In this document: one piece after another, positions 38,031-46,313 of the stretch | Layout: every line of letters begins with the position of its first letter | How positions within the stretch are numbered: the first letter of the stretch is position 1 | NCBI GenBank assembly: GCA_965203555.1 | Contig: CBDBCY010000004.1 | Location: 992,001-1,056,000, forward strand | Reading direction: 5' to 3' | From: Acidimicrobiia bacterium | Lineage (GTDB): Bacteria; Actinomycetota; Acidimicrobiia; Spongiisociales; ZC4RG35 | Length of the DNA stretch: 64,000 bases | Made by a program: the position numbers and the translations under genes | The notes under the pieces: model-generated | What the model was told of the DNA's origin: nothing | The model's input: the letters and a program-made list of their open reading frames with translations, nothing else | Database searches by the model: none

Positions 38031-38079
38031 AACCGCAGGCCGGAGAGAGGGGTGTCCCTAAACTCCGGCCTGTGGTTTT
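38031..38079 (+). terminator. stem-loop after hsp20, overlapping the metY -10 box and start codon
   Basis: AACCGCAGGCCGGAG/CTCCGGCCTGTGGTT 15-bp stem (one G-U pair) ending in a T run. Confidence 0.55.
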
Positions 38080-39367
38080 CAACGAAGAGGCGGCGGGTTT
38101 CTCCACCCGGGCCATCCATGCCGGGCAACCGCCCGATCCCGAGACGGGCGCTCGGGCGATGCCGATCTACGCCACCAGTTCCTTCGTCTTCGAGGACGCG
38201 CAGTCGGCCGCCGACCTGTTCGCACTCCAGAACTACGGGGACATCTACACCCGGATCAGCAATCCCACCACCTCCGCCTTCGAGGAACGGCTCGCCTCCC
38301 TTGAAGGAGGCCTGGGAGGCTTGGCCACCTCGTCCGGCCAGGCAGCCCAGTTGGTGGCCGTGCTCACCCTCTGCAAGGAAGGGGATGAGATCGTGGCCGC
38401 CCGCAACCTGTACGGGGGCACCATCACCCAGTTCGACGTCACCCTGCGGCGCATGGGTATCCATACCACTTTTGTGGACGCCTCACGCCTTGAGAACATC
38501 GAGGACGCCATCACGCCTCGCACGAAGCTGGTTTACGGTGAGACGATCGGAAACCCTCGCGGTGAGGTACTGGACCTGGCGCCGATCGCCGATCTCGCCC
38601 ACTCCCATGGGATTCCCCTGATGATCGACAACACCTTCGCCTCGCCTTATCTGTGTCGGCCTTTCGAATGGGGAGCGGACATCGTGGTCCACTCCGCCAC
38701 CAAGTTCATTGGCGGCCACGGCGTGGTCATCGCCGGCGCCATCGTGGAGTCGGGCCTGTTCCCCTGGGACAACGGCAACTTCGGGGTGATGACCGATCCC
38801 TCACCCGCCTATCACGGCCTGCGCTTCTGGGAGAATTTCCGCGAATACGCCTATCTCACCAAGGCCCGGACGGAGTTGCTGCGCGATGTGGGCGCCGCCA
38901 TCTCACCATTCAACTCCTTCCTGCTGTTGTTGGGCTTGGAAACGCTGCCGCTGCGGATGGAACGACACGTGCAAAACGCCCGGGAAGCGGCATTCTTCCT
39001 GGCCGACCATCCCGCTGTCTCCTGGGTGAGCTATCCTGTCTTTCCCGACAGCCCGGGGAAGGACCTGGTGAAGAAGTACACTCCTGCCGGTCCCGGCGCC
39101 GTTTTCACCTTCGGGCTCAAGAAGGGATACGATGCGGGCGTGCGTTTCATCGAATGCGTAAGGCTGGCCAGCCACCTGGCCAACGTGGGAGACACCAAGA
39201 CACTGGTGATCCACCCCGCTTCGACAACCCACCAACAGGTTTCGCCGGAAGCTCGCGCGGCGGCGGGAGTGGGAGACGACACCATCCGCATCTCGGTGGG
39301 CCTGGAGGACATCGAAGATATCCTTGCCGACCTGGAAGGCGCGCTGGGGGAGGCTGCCCGTGTATAG
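38072..39367 (+). CDS. metY: O-acetylhomoserine aminocarboxypropyltransferase
   Basis: IYTRISNPT, SSGQAA, IDNTFA, HSATKFIGGHG, LANVGDTKTLVIHPASTTHQQ. Confidence 0.93.
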   Translation: MVFNEEAAGFSTRAIHAGQPPDPETGARAMPIYATSSFVFEDAQSAADLFALQNYGDIYTRISNPTTSAFEERLASLEGGLGGLATSSGQAAQLVAVLTLCKEGDEIVAARNLYGGTITQFDVTLRRMGIHTTFVDASRLENIEDAITPRTKLVYGETIGNPRGEVLDLAPIADLAHSHGIPLMIDNTFASPYLCRPFEWGADIVVHSATKFIGGHGVVIAGAIVESGLFPWDNGNFGVMTDPSPAYHGLRFWENFREYAYLTKARTELLRDVGAAISPFNSFLLLLGLETLPLRMERHVQNAREAAFFLADHPAVSWVSYPVFPDSPGKDLVKKYTPAGPGAVFTFGLKKGYDAGVRFIECVRLASHLANVGDTKTLVIHPASTTHQQVSPEARAAAGVGDDTIRISVGLEDIEDILADLEGALGEAARV

Positions 39368-39842
39368 ACATCCCAACGACGCCACCGCCGCCGAGCGGCT
39401 GGCCATCCTGCGCCGCACCCGCACCGTTGCCCTGGTGGGCGTGTCGGCCAACCCGCTGCGTTCCTCCAATTTCGTCACCACCTATCTGATCCGGACGCCC
39501 TACCTGATCTATCCGGTCAACCCGGCCTACCCGGACGTGCTGGGGATCTCCACCTATCCCAGCCTGGCCGACCTGCCCGAGCCTCCCGACATCGTGGACG
39601 TCTTCCGCCGACCCGAGTACCTGCCCGGCGTTGTGGAGGAAGCCATCGACGTGGGCGCCAAAGTGGTGTGGTTCCAGCTGGGGCTGCGCCACGAGGAGGC
39701 CGCGGCCCGGGCCCGGGAAGCAGGTTTGCAGGTCGTCCAGGACCGTTGCCTGAAGATCGAGCACGCCCGGTTTGCCGGAGGTCTGCACGCCGCCGGATTC
39801 AATACCGGTTTCATCTCCTCGCGCAGGCGCCGGCCGATCTGA
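39360..39842 (+). CDS. CoA-binding protein (YccU-like)
   Basis: VALVGVSANP, IYPVNP, DIVDVFR, VWFQLG, DRCLKIEH. Confidence 0.9.
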   Translation: MYRHPNDATAAERLAILRRTRTVALVGVSANPLRSSNFVTTYLIRTPYLIYPVNPAYPDVLGISTYPSLADLPEPPDIVDVFRRPEYLPGVVEEAIDVGAKVVWFQLGLRHEEAAARAREAGLQVVQDRCLKIEHARFAGGLHAAGFNTGFISSRRRRPI

Positions 39843-42806
39843 TCATTTCCGCCCGGTTCCCAGGTGCCGGGCGATGGCACGATAGCACTGGGCGGGGCTG
39901 ACCGCCTTCAGCACCGGAGGCGACCCGGTCAGGCTGTCCAGGAACGACGATGCGTAGCGGGCGAAACCCAATCGCTTGTCCAGAACTATCAACACACCTT
40001 TGTCGCGAGGCGAGCGGATCAGCCGTCCGGCGCCCTGGCGGAATCCCAGGACAGCTTCCGGCAGGAGAAAATCATCGAACGGCTTCCCGCCGCGGCGGGC
40101 AATCACCTCCTGTCGAGCAGCCACCACCGGATCCTGCGGTGAGTCGAAAGGGAGTTTCTCCATCACCAGCAGACTCAACGCTTCACCGGGCACGTCGATG
40201 CCCTGCCAGAAGGTGCCGCTCCCCAGCAGGCAGGTGGGTTGGGATGGGTTGCGGAAGACCTCGGTCAGTTCCGGAGCAGACCCCTCTCCCTGGCAGAGCA
40301 CCGCGAACTCCCCGAAGAGCCGGTGCTTCAGGTACATCGCGGCCTGTTCCATCCGCCGGTTGGCAGTGAACAGCACCAGCGCCCGCCCCCGGCTCACCTC
40401 GAACAGACGGGCCATCTCCTCCGGTGCCGACCGGGCGAACTCTTCCAGGCTGGATCCGCTGGGACTGGGAAGGTACCCGGGAATAATCACCAGCATCTGC
40501 CGGGGCAGATCGGAGAAGGGGCTGTCCAACAGTACCTTCCGACTGTCCTCGAATCCCAACCCGGCGGAGATGTAGTCAAAGGACCCGGCGACGGTTAGGG
40601 TGGCGGACGTCATCACCACCGATTCCTTATCTTCCCAGATTCCTTCCAACCGGGCATTCACCTCCAAGGGGACAACGCTGAGTCCCCAATTCCACTCTCC
40701 CTCCCGCAATTCCAGGTCGCAGACAAAAGCTGCTTCCAGCAGGTTGTCCGAATCGATGTTGGCCAATTGGAAGGCAAGTTCCGCAATCGTCTTGGCGTCG
40801 CCGCTCGCCTGGGTTATGCGACGCTTGAGCTCTTTGGCGGACCTGTCACGCGCCAGGCGGTCCGGCACCGGCAGGGCCTCGACGGCATTGCCCAGATAGG
40901 AGACGGCGTCGGCCAGTCCCTGAAGCGCCCGTGTGACCGTTTCCCAACTCGAGCGGTTGAGGTCGACCCTGGTGATTCTCGATGAAAGCGGCGCCCCTTC
41001 CCCGCTGCCCGACCAATTACGGGTGCTCTCGAAATAGTCCACCAGTATCGATCGCACCTCGTCGATGTGCGGCCTGCAGCGCCGCCAGGATCGGACTACC
41101 CGCTCGGCCGCGACCTGGCCCCGGTCCCGGGCTGATCCGGCCGGCAGGGAACGCAGATATCGGTGGAGCAGACTTCCCGAGGCTTTGGCGCTGTACACCG
41201 AATAGAGCAAACGCCCCAGCCCGCGTTCGCTGACCGTGCCGGTGAAGGCGGATCGCGCCGCTGATTCCAGTTCGTGCGCCTCGTCGATTACCAAATGCGG
41301 ACTGTGACCCGTCATCTGATCGCGAAGCAGCATCAGCGCGTGATTGGCCACCACGATCTGTGCTTCGGTAAGGCGCTTGAGTGCCCGTACAAAAAAGCAC
41401 CGCCTCTCCAGCACGCTTCGAGCCCCGCCCGGGGTCTCGGTCATCGAGAGCCGGGATCTCAGCCGGTACATCTGGGGGTTGTGTCTTCCAAGCCACCCGT
41501 AACGAAGATCGTCCCACTCTCCGGTGGGAGTCTCCGCCGCCCAGCCCAGCACCATCGCCAACGCCAAACCGAGATGATGATCGTAGGACGGCTCATCGCT
41601 CAGGTCCGAGAAGAGAGGATTGTCACGCAGTCGACCCGCCTGGAGGGGATCGACCAGGTTCAACTCCTCGGCCAGCGCGTTGACCGACAGGTAGTTGCTC
41701 AATCCCTTCAGCACTGTCCACTCGACCGGCCCCAGGCGTTCGGAGATATCCGACAGCGTCATGCAGACCTGGTCCTGAAGCGCCTTGGTATACGTGGAAA
41801 CCAGCACCTGCGTGTCCCAGGCGGCGGCCAGGCGGCAGGCGGGAACCAGGTAGGCGAGGGTCTTGCCGGTCCCGGTCGGCGCCTCCACCATCAGGCTCTC
41901 GGATTCGGCAAGAGCCGAGGCGACCTGCCGGGCCATCTCCTCCTGGGAGGGCCGGTGCTCCATCCCGTTCAGAATCAACTCCCCTCCCGGGCTGAGAGGA
42001 TCGACCAGTTCCCCCAAATCAATCGGTGGCCGTTCGCTCTCCTCAACCCGATCCCCGGACTCCCAGGCGTCCGTCAAAGAACTGCCTCCATCGTCCGACT
42101 GCGGGGGCAGCGGGATTATCTCCACCAGGTCAGGCCGGTATGCACCCGCCAGGCTGCTGACATCAGGGTGACAGAACAACGCCCATGGATGACCCGTGAC
42201 CTCCAGCACCCACCGCTGGGCGCGGCGGGCGGCATTATCTCGATTCAAGTCTTCCAGCAGGCCACTCATCACCTCCCATGCCACCCGGGCGTCGGAAAGG
42301 GCTCGGTGGGCAGTCCCTGTGGTCTCCCCCCTCCGGTAGTGATCAACCAGATCGCTCAGGCGGCGAGAACGGGGAGGATTGTTACCCTCGATGTCGACGG
42401 TGGACTCTCTCCCCGCCCGGGGGAACACGACATGGGCCAATTCAAGGGTGTCGAGTCGCTCACCCCGCGGAACCGGTAGACCCACTCGCTGCAATTCAGC
42501 ATCGAGCAAAGGAAAGTCGTAGGTGCTGCCATTGTGGGCCACCAGCGGCAGACCGCCACAGAATTCAGTAAAGACCCGCAAGGCCGAAGTCCGGGCGGGT
42601 GCTCCCTGCAGCGCCTCGTCGGTCAGGCCGGTCAGATCAACCGTCAACGGACTCAGGGACCGACCCGCAGTGGGCGCCACCAGGCTGGCGAACTCATCCA
42701 CCACCTCCCCGTTCTCCACCAGCAAAGCGCCGATCTCGATGATCTCCTGGCTCTCGGGACGGGGATGGTCGGCGTTCGCTTCCAAGTCGAAGACCACAAA
42801 CCGCAT
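39843..42806 (-). CDS. dinG: DinG family helicase with N-terminal DEDDh exonuclease domain
   Basis: FDLE...AHNG...HRALSDA exonuclease; EAPTGTGKT, IDEAH, SATL, FWQGIDVPG, QGAGRLIR. Confidence 0.9.
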   Translation of the reverse strand: MRFVVFDLEANADHPRPESQEIIEIGALLVENGEVVDEFASLVAPTAGRSLSPLTVDLTGLTDEALQGAPARTSALRVFTEFCGGLPLVAHNGSTYDFPLLDAELQRVGLPVPRGERLDTLELAHVVFPRAGRESTVDIEGNNPPRSRRLSDLVDHYRRGETTGTAHRALSDARVAWEVMSGLLEDLNRDNAARRAQRWVLEVTGHPWALFCHPDVSSLAGAYRPDLVEIIPLPPQSDDGGSSLTDAWESGDRVEESERPPIDLGELVDPLSPGGELILNGMEHRPSQEEMARQVASALAESESLMVEAPTGTGKTLAYLVPACRLAAAWDTQVLVSTYTKALQDQVCMTLSDISERLGPVEWTVLKGLSNYLSVNALAEELNLVDPLQAGRLRDNPLFSDLSDEPSYDHHLGLALAMVLGWAAETPTGEWDDLRYGWLGRHNPQMYRLRSRLSMTETPGGARSVLERRCFFVRALKRLTEAQIVVANHALMLLRDQMTGHSPHLVIDEAHELESAARSAFTGTVSERGLGRLLYSVYSAKASGSLLHRYLRSLPAGSARDRGQVAAERVVRSWRRCRPHIDEVRSILVDYFESTRNWSGSGEGAPLSSRITRVDLNRSSWETVTRALQGLADAVSYLGNAVEALPVPDRLARDRSAKELKRRITQASGDAKTIAELAFQLANIDSDNLLEAAFVCDLELREGEWNWGLSVVPLEVNARLEGIWEDKESVVMTSATLTVAGSFDYISAGLGFEDSRKVLLDSPFSDLPRQMLVIIPGYLPSPSGSSLEEFARSAPEEMARLFEVSRGRALVLFTANRRMEQAAMYLKHRLFGEFAVLCQGEGSAPELTEVFRNPSQPTCLLGSGTFWQGIDVPGEALSLLVMEKLPFDSPQDPVVAARQEVIARRGGKPFDDFLLPEAVLGFRQGAGRLIRSPRDKGVLIVLDKRLGFARYASSFLDSLTGSPPVLKAVSPAQCYRAIARHLGTGRK

Positions 42807-42860
42807 AAGGGCAGTCTATGGAGGGAGGGGGACATTGCGGCCTCTTAGAATCCTCGCTTG

Positions 42861-42900
42861 GACCTCCCGCTGTTTGCGACCCTGACAGCGGGTGGAGGTC
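42861..42900. terminator. stem-loop downstream of the TA operon
   Basis: GACCTCC-CGCTGT...ACAGCG-GGT-GGAGGTC imperfect hairpin. Confidence 0.4.
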
Positions 42901-42951
42901 TCGGCCCCGGTTTCATGAGGTTGCCAGGGCTGTTCCAGCCGCCCATCCCCC

Positions 42952-43335
42952 CTATGGTCTCCCAACGGAGCGCAAAGCCTGGTCAAAAGTCTTTATTTCC
43001 TTGACTCCACGCCGACGACAACTTGCCAGGTGACAAAGATCACGGGCTCCGAGGGTTGGATACCGGGTATGCAACTGCTGAGCCAGCGTCACATCCTCCA
43101 CTTCCAATGGCCACACTTCAACCCGCGATCGAAAAACCAACGAAAACGCCTTGTTCAGAGTGTCCATTCTCGCCGGCGCGGTATAGACGTGCAGCAACTC
43201 CTGGAGGACCTCGGCCGAGGTGCAAAGGGGAATATGCCCGCGGTGGGACTCCTCAAAGAACTCCCTGGCGACACTCCGCAGGGGATGGGGACGGCCGACC
43301 GCGTACATGAAAACATTGGTGTCGACAAAGATCAC
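42952..43335 (-). CDS. vapC: VapC-family PIN domain toxin
   Basis: IFVDTNVFMY, TSAEVLQE, ARDLCHLA, TFDQAL; GTGA overlap with the antitoxin stop. Confidence 0.88.
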   Translation of the reverse strand: MIFVDTNVFMYAVGRPHPLRSVAREFFEESHRGHIPLCTSAEVLQELLHVYTAPARMDTLNKAFSLVFRSRVEVWPLEVEDVTLAQQLHTRYPTLGARDLCHLASCRRRGVKEIKTFDQALRSVGRP

Positions 43336-43607
43336 GTCCTGGTTGCTCCGCGAAGGCGAGACTCGTTGATCACGGCAAGGTGTTCCTCCCAATCCGGTTC
43401 TCGGGCCGGCCCCTCCAGGGCATCGCACTCTTCAAAGAACCTCTTCAGGTCGGCGGTGCCTTCAAAAGCCCTCTCCTTCTGCCCCTGCTGTAAACGATGA
43501 TGGGCGGCCGCTCTTAACCAGGCGCTCAAGGTCATCCCCTCCTTTCGGGCTTGATAGATGAAACGCTCCCGATCCTCGTCGGGAATCAAGAGTTGGACTC
43601 TAGCCAT
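43332..43607 (-). CDS. antitoxin (ribbon-helix-helix type)
   Basis: MARVQLLIPDEDRERF...ARKEGMTLSAWLRAAA; lies directly upstream of the PIN toxin. Confidence 0.8.
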   Translation of the reverse strand: MARVQLLIPDEDRERFIYQARKEGMTLSAWLRAAAHHRLQQGQKERAFEGTADLKRFFEECDALEGPAREPDWEEHLAVINESRLRGATRT

Positions 43608-43629
43608 CCTTTACATCTTGGTCGTATGC

Positions 43630-43650
43630 ATGTGTATAGAGTATACACAT
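43630..43650. promoter_or_regulatory. palindromic operator of the TA operon
   Basis: ATGTGTATA-GAG-TATACACAT, a perfect 9-bp inverted repeat 22 bp upstream of the antitoxin start. Confidence 0.7.
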
Positions 43651-43689
43651 TCCATTGGCCATAGCGTTCGGAGAATCCCGGCAGGCTGA

Positions 43690-44580
43690 TCAGATCGTGT
43701 CTACCGCGGTTCTTATCTCCCGAACGTGGCTGGGAAGCGAACCACAGCATGCGCCGACGATTCTGCACCCCGCAGCCAACGCCTGCCTGGTGTAATCGCC
43801 CATCAGGTCGGGACCCTGTGGATAGGTCAGCCTTCCGTTCTTGAATACAGGGATACCACAGTTGGACTTGACGACGACCGGCGCGGCGGGAGCGGCCTCC
43901 TTTATGGCGGCGGCCGCCACCAGAGCCTCCGGAAGGCCCGTCCCGCAGTTGGCGCCCAGCGCAGCCGGACGGCGCCCGGGGGCAAGTTCGGTCCACCAGC
44001 GACCGAAATCGGCGGGGCGCAGTCCCATCATGGTCCGGCCGTTGGTGTCGAAGCTGAGTGTCACCGCGTGGGGAGTGTCGAATCCGGCGGCCGCTTCGGT
44101 GGCGGCGGCGATCTCTTCCCAGGCCGACAAGGTCTCGATCCACAGAATGTCCGCTCCCGCTTCCACCAGAGCCGACATCTGCTCCGAGAACGCTTCCACC
44201 CCCTCGTCATGACTTAGAACGCCGAGCGGTTCGAACAGGTCTCCGGTGGGGCCCACGCTGGCAGCCACCACCACCGGTCTGCTCGCCTCCGAAGCAACCT
44301 GCCGGGCGATCCCAACCCCGGCGCCGTTGAATTCCTCCACCAGATTCTCCATGCGATGCAAGGCCAGACGTCGACGGTTGCCACCAAAGGTGTTGGTGAG
44401 AATCAGATCGGACCCCGCCTCCACGAAGTTGCGGTGTACCTGGGCGATCATCTCCGGTTGCTCGACATTGAGCCGCTCCGGAGCCTCGCCGCTCTCAAGT
44501 CCCAATTCGAACAGGGTCGTGCCCATGGCGCCGTCGGCCACCAGTGCGGCCCCTCCTGCCAAAAGGTCCTCAAACAGCAT
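43690..44580 (-). CDS. bmt: betaine--homocysteine S-methyltransferase (stand-alone homocysteine-binding domain)
   Basis: DGAMGT, AGSDLILTNTFG, SVGPTG, FDTNGRTMMG, GANCG, IVGACCG; located downstream of the betaine transporter genes. Confidence 0.85.
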   Translation of the reverse strand: MLFEDLLAGGAALVADGAMGTTLFELGLESGEAPERLNVEQPEMIAQVHRNFVEAGSDLILTNTFGGNRRRLALHRMENLVEEFNGAGVGIARQVASEASRPVVVAASVGPTGDLFEPLGVLSHDEGVEAFSEQMSALVEAGADILWIETLSAWEEIAAATEAAAGFDTPHAVTLSFDTNGRTMMGLRPADFGRWWTELAPGRRPAALGANCGTGLPEALVAAAAIKEAAPAAPVVVKSNCGIPVFKNGRLTYPQGPDLMGDYTRQALAAGCRIVGACCGSLPSHVREIRTAVDTI

Positions 44581-44637
44581 GCTCCTGCCTCTTGTTCGAG
44601 GCTCCTGCGAGGCTGGACCACGACCGTGGGTGGATTG

Positions 44638-44919
44638 TCAGAAAGATGGCGAACCCATCATCCGCGCAGCTTCGGCATCCTCAGCCGGAACCTCGGTTGC
44701 GCCCCCGGAACTCTCGCCAACCGAGGAGGCGATCAGAACGATGCACAGCAGACCGAGCAACGCCTCTCCCAGAAATTCGATATCCACCACCTCTTCGGCA
44801 AGGATGAGGAATACTGCAAAAGACAGCCCTCCCACGGCGTACCGCCTTCTCTGCTTCTTCACTCCCGCCAACCTTTTCCTCCTCGCTCCTTGGAAGTTTA
44901 CCGGCAGGGTCCCGGTCAT
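44638..44919 (-). CDS. small hypothetical membrane protein
   Basis: Short ORF with two hydrophobic stretches in operon orientation; true start may be GTG 44862. Confidence 0.35.
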   Translation of the reverse strand: MTGTLPVNFQGARRKRLAGVKKQRRRYAVGGLSFAVFLILAEEVVDIEFLGEALLGLLCIVLIASSVGESSGGATEVPAEDAEAARMMGSPSF

Positions 44920-44973
44920 CCCCCAGGGGCAAGGCTTGACCCGGGTAAACCACGATCTACGGTGATTGCCGCC

Positions 44974-45011
44974 AAAAGAGATGAGGCCACCCGGTCGGGC
45001 GGCCTCATCTC
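44974..45011 (-). terminator. intrinsic terminator after the betaine-binding protein gene
   Basis: GAGATGAGGCC...GGCCTCATCTC stem followed on the minus strand by a T run. Confidence 0.75.
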
Positions 45012-45036
45012 ATCGCTTAGGTTTGTCCAGGAACTC

Positions 45037-46101
45037 TTAGCCCGGGATCCAACTCTGCCAGACAGACTCGTTGGCGGCCATCCATTCGGCGGCTGCCTCG
45101 TCCACCGACATGCCTTCGTCCATCAGACCCAACATGAAGATCTGGTCCTCGTTGGCATAGTTGAAGCTGGAGAGAATGGCGAAGGCGGCAGGCGCCTGGT
45201 CCTCCAACTGGTCCCACATTATCTTGAACAGGACATCGGCGGGATAGTCGCAGTCGACCGCCTCTGAGGCGTAGCACTCGTCCGAATAGGGGGGCAACTC
45301 GAACTCGGTGATGTCGTACTTGCTGAAGGCCGAGTGAGGTGTCCAGAAGTAGAACAACAACGGCTCACCGCGGCTGGATGCGGAGTCCAAAGCCGCCAGA
45401 ATGGCCTCTTCGGAGCCTGCATAGACCACTTCCAGATCCAATCCCAGGTTGTCGATAATATCCTGCTCATAGGAGACCCAACTCGGATCGCCGATCAGGA
45501 ACTGTCCCTTTTCACCGGACTCGGCGGTGGAATACAACTGGGCCACAGCCGGATCCTGGAGACCCTCCCAGTTACCCGCGGCCGGGTTGTCATCCACCAC
45601 GTAGGTGGGGACCCACCATCCGATCTTGCCTACGGCGCCCAGCTCACCGCCGTTGACGACTCCGCCGCCGCCGTCGATGTAGGAAGCCACATTGTCGGCG
45701 TGTCCGGATGGCCACACTTCCAGGCTGGCATGCAGGTCGCCGGTGGCGAGGGCGGCCCACTGGGCGTTCTCATCGATATCCACTCTTTCCACGGAGTACC
45801 CGACGCTTTCAAGCACCGCTGTGGCCACCGCGATGTTGGCCGCCGAACCGTCCCAGGGGTTGACAGCCAGCTTGATGGTGTCGAGGTCCCCCAGATCCGG
45901 CCCGGTGGGCGCGGCCGTGGTTTCGGGCGCAGCCGTGGTTTCCGGCGCGGCCGTGGTCTCGGGCGCAGCCGTGGTTTCGGGGGCGGCCGTGGTCTCGGGC
46001 GCGATTTCCTCCGCCTCATCTCCACCGCAGGCGGCGATCAACAGAGCAAAGACTGCCACAAAGAGCGTCGCCTTGAAAGTTCTGGTTCTATTCATTGACA
46101 T
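45037..46101 (-). CDS. proX: glycine betaine/carnitine ABC transporter substrate-binding lipoprotein
   Basis: Lipobox IAAC, PETTAA linker, NPWDG, LEVWPS, GWWVPTY, FYFWTPH. Confidence 0.85.
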   Translation of the reverse strand: MSMNRTRTFKATLFVAVFALLIAACGGDEAEEIAPETTAAPETTAAPETTAAPETTAAPETTAAPTGPDLGDLDTIKLAVNPWDGSAANIAVATAVLESVGYSVERVDIDENAQWAALATGDLHASLEVWPSGHADNVASYIDGGGGVVNGGELGAVGKIGWWVPTYVVDDNPAAGNWEGLQDPAVAQLYSTAESGEKGQFLIGDPSWVSYEQDIIDNLGLDLEVVYAGSEEAILAALDSASSRGEPLLFYFWTPHSAFSKYDITEFELPPYSDECYASEAVDCDYPADVLFKIMWDQLEDQAPAAFAILSSFNYANEDQIFMLGLMDEGMSVDEAAAEWMAANESVWQSWIPG

Positions 46102-46148
46102 TCCTCTCGCCCGGGGTTTAATTTTTACATTTCGTATATTAGGCCCGT

Positions 46149-46284
46149 AGTTTCTTCATATGTAGCAGTTTCTTCATATGTAACTGTGGGATATCAAATA
46201 CATTCTGTAACTGTGGGATATCAAATACATTCCGTACCTGTGGGATATCAATACATTCCGTACCTGTGGGATATCAATACATTC
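46149..46284. repeat. AT-rich tandem repeats: 2 x 16 bp (18-bp period) followed by 4 x 26-27 bp
   Basis: AGTTTCTTCATATGTA at 46149 and 46167; YGTAMCTGTGGGATATCAA(A)TACATTC at 46179, 46206, 46233, 46259. Confidence 0.92.
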
Positions 46285-46313
46285 GCGGTTCGTCCCAGAC
46301 GCAAGGTGTTCCT

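Noticed and set aside
42807-43689. Direct repeats flanking the TA module like those at 5028/5803
   Set aside because: I compared both flanks and the bmt 3' end by eye and found no duplication.
46179-46284. Possible CRISPR array
   Set aside because: The units abut directly with no unique spacers, and there are no cas genes in the window.
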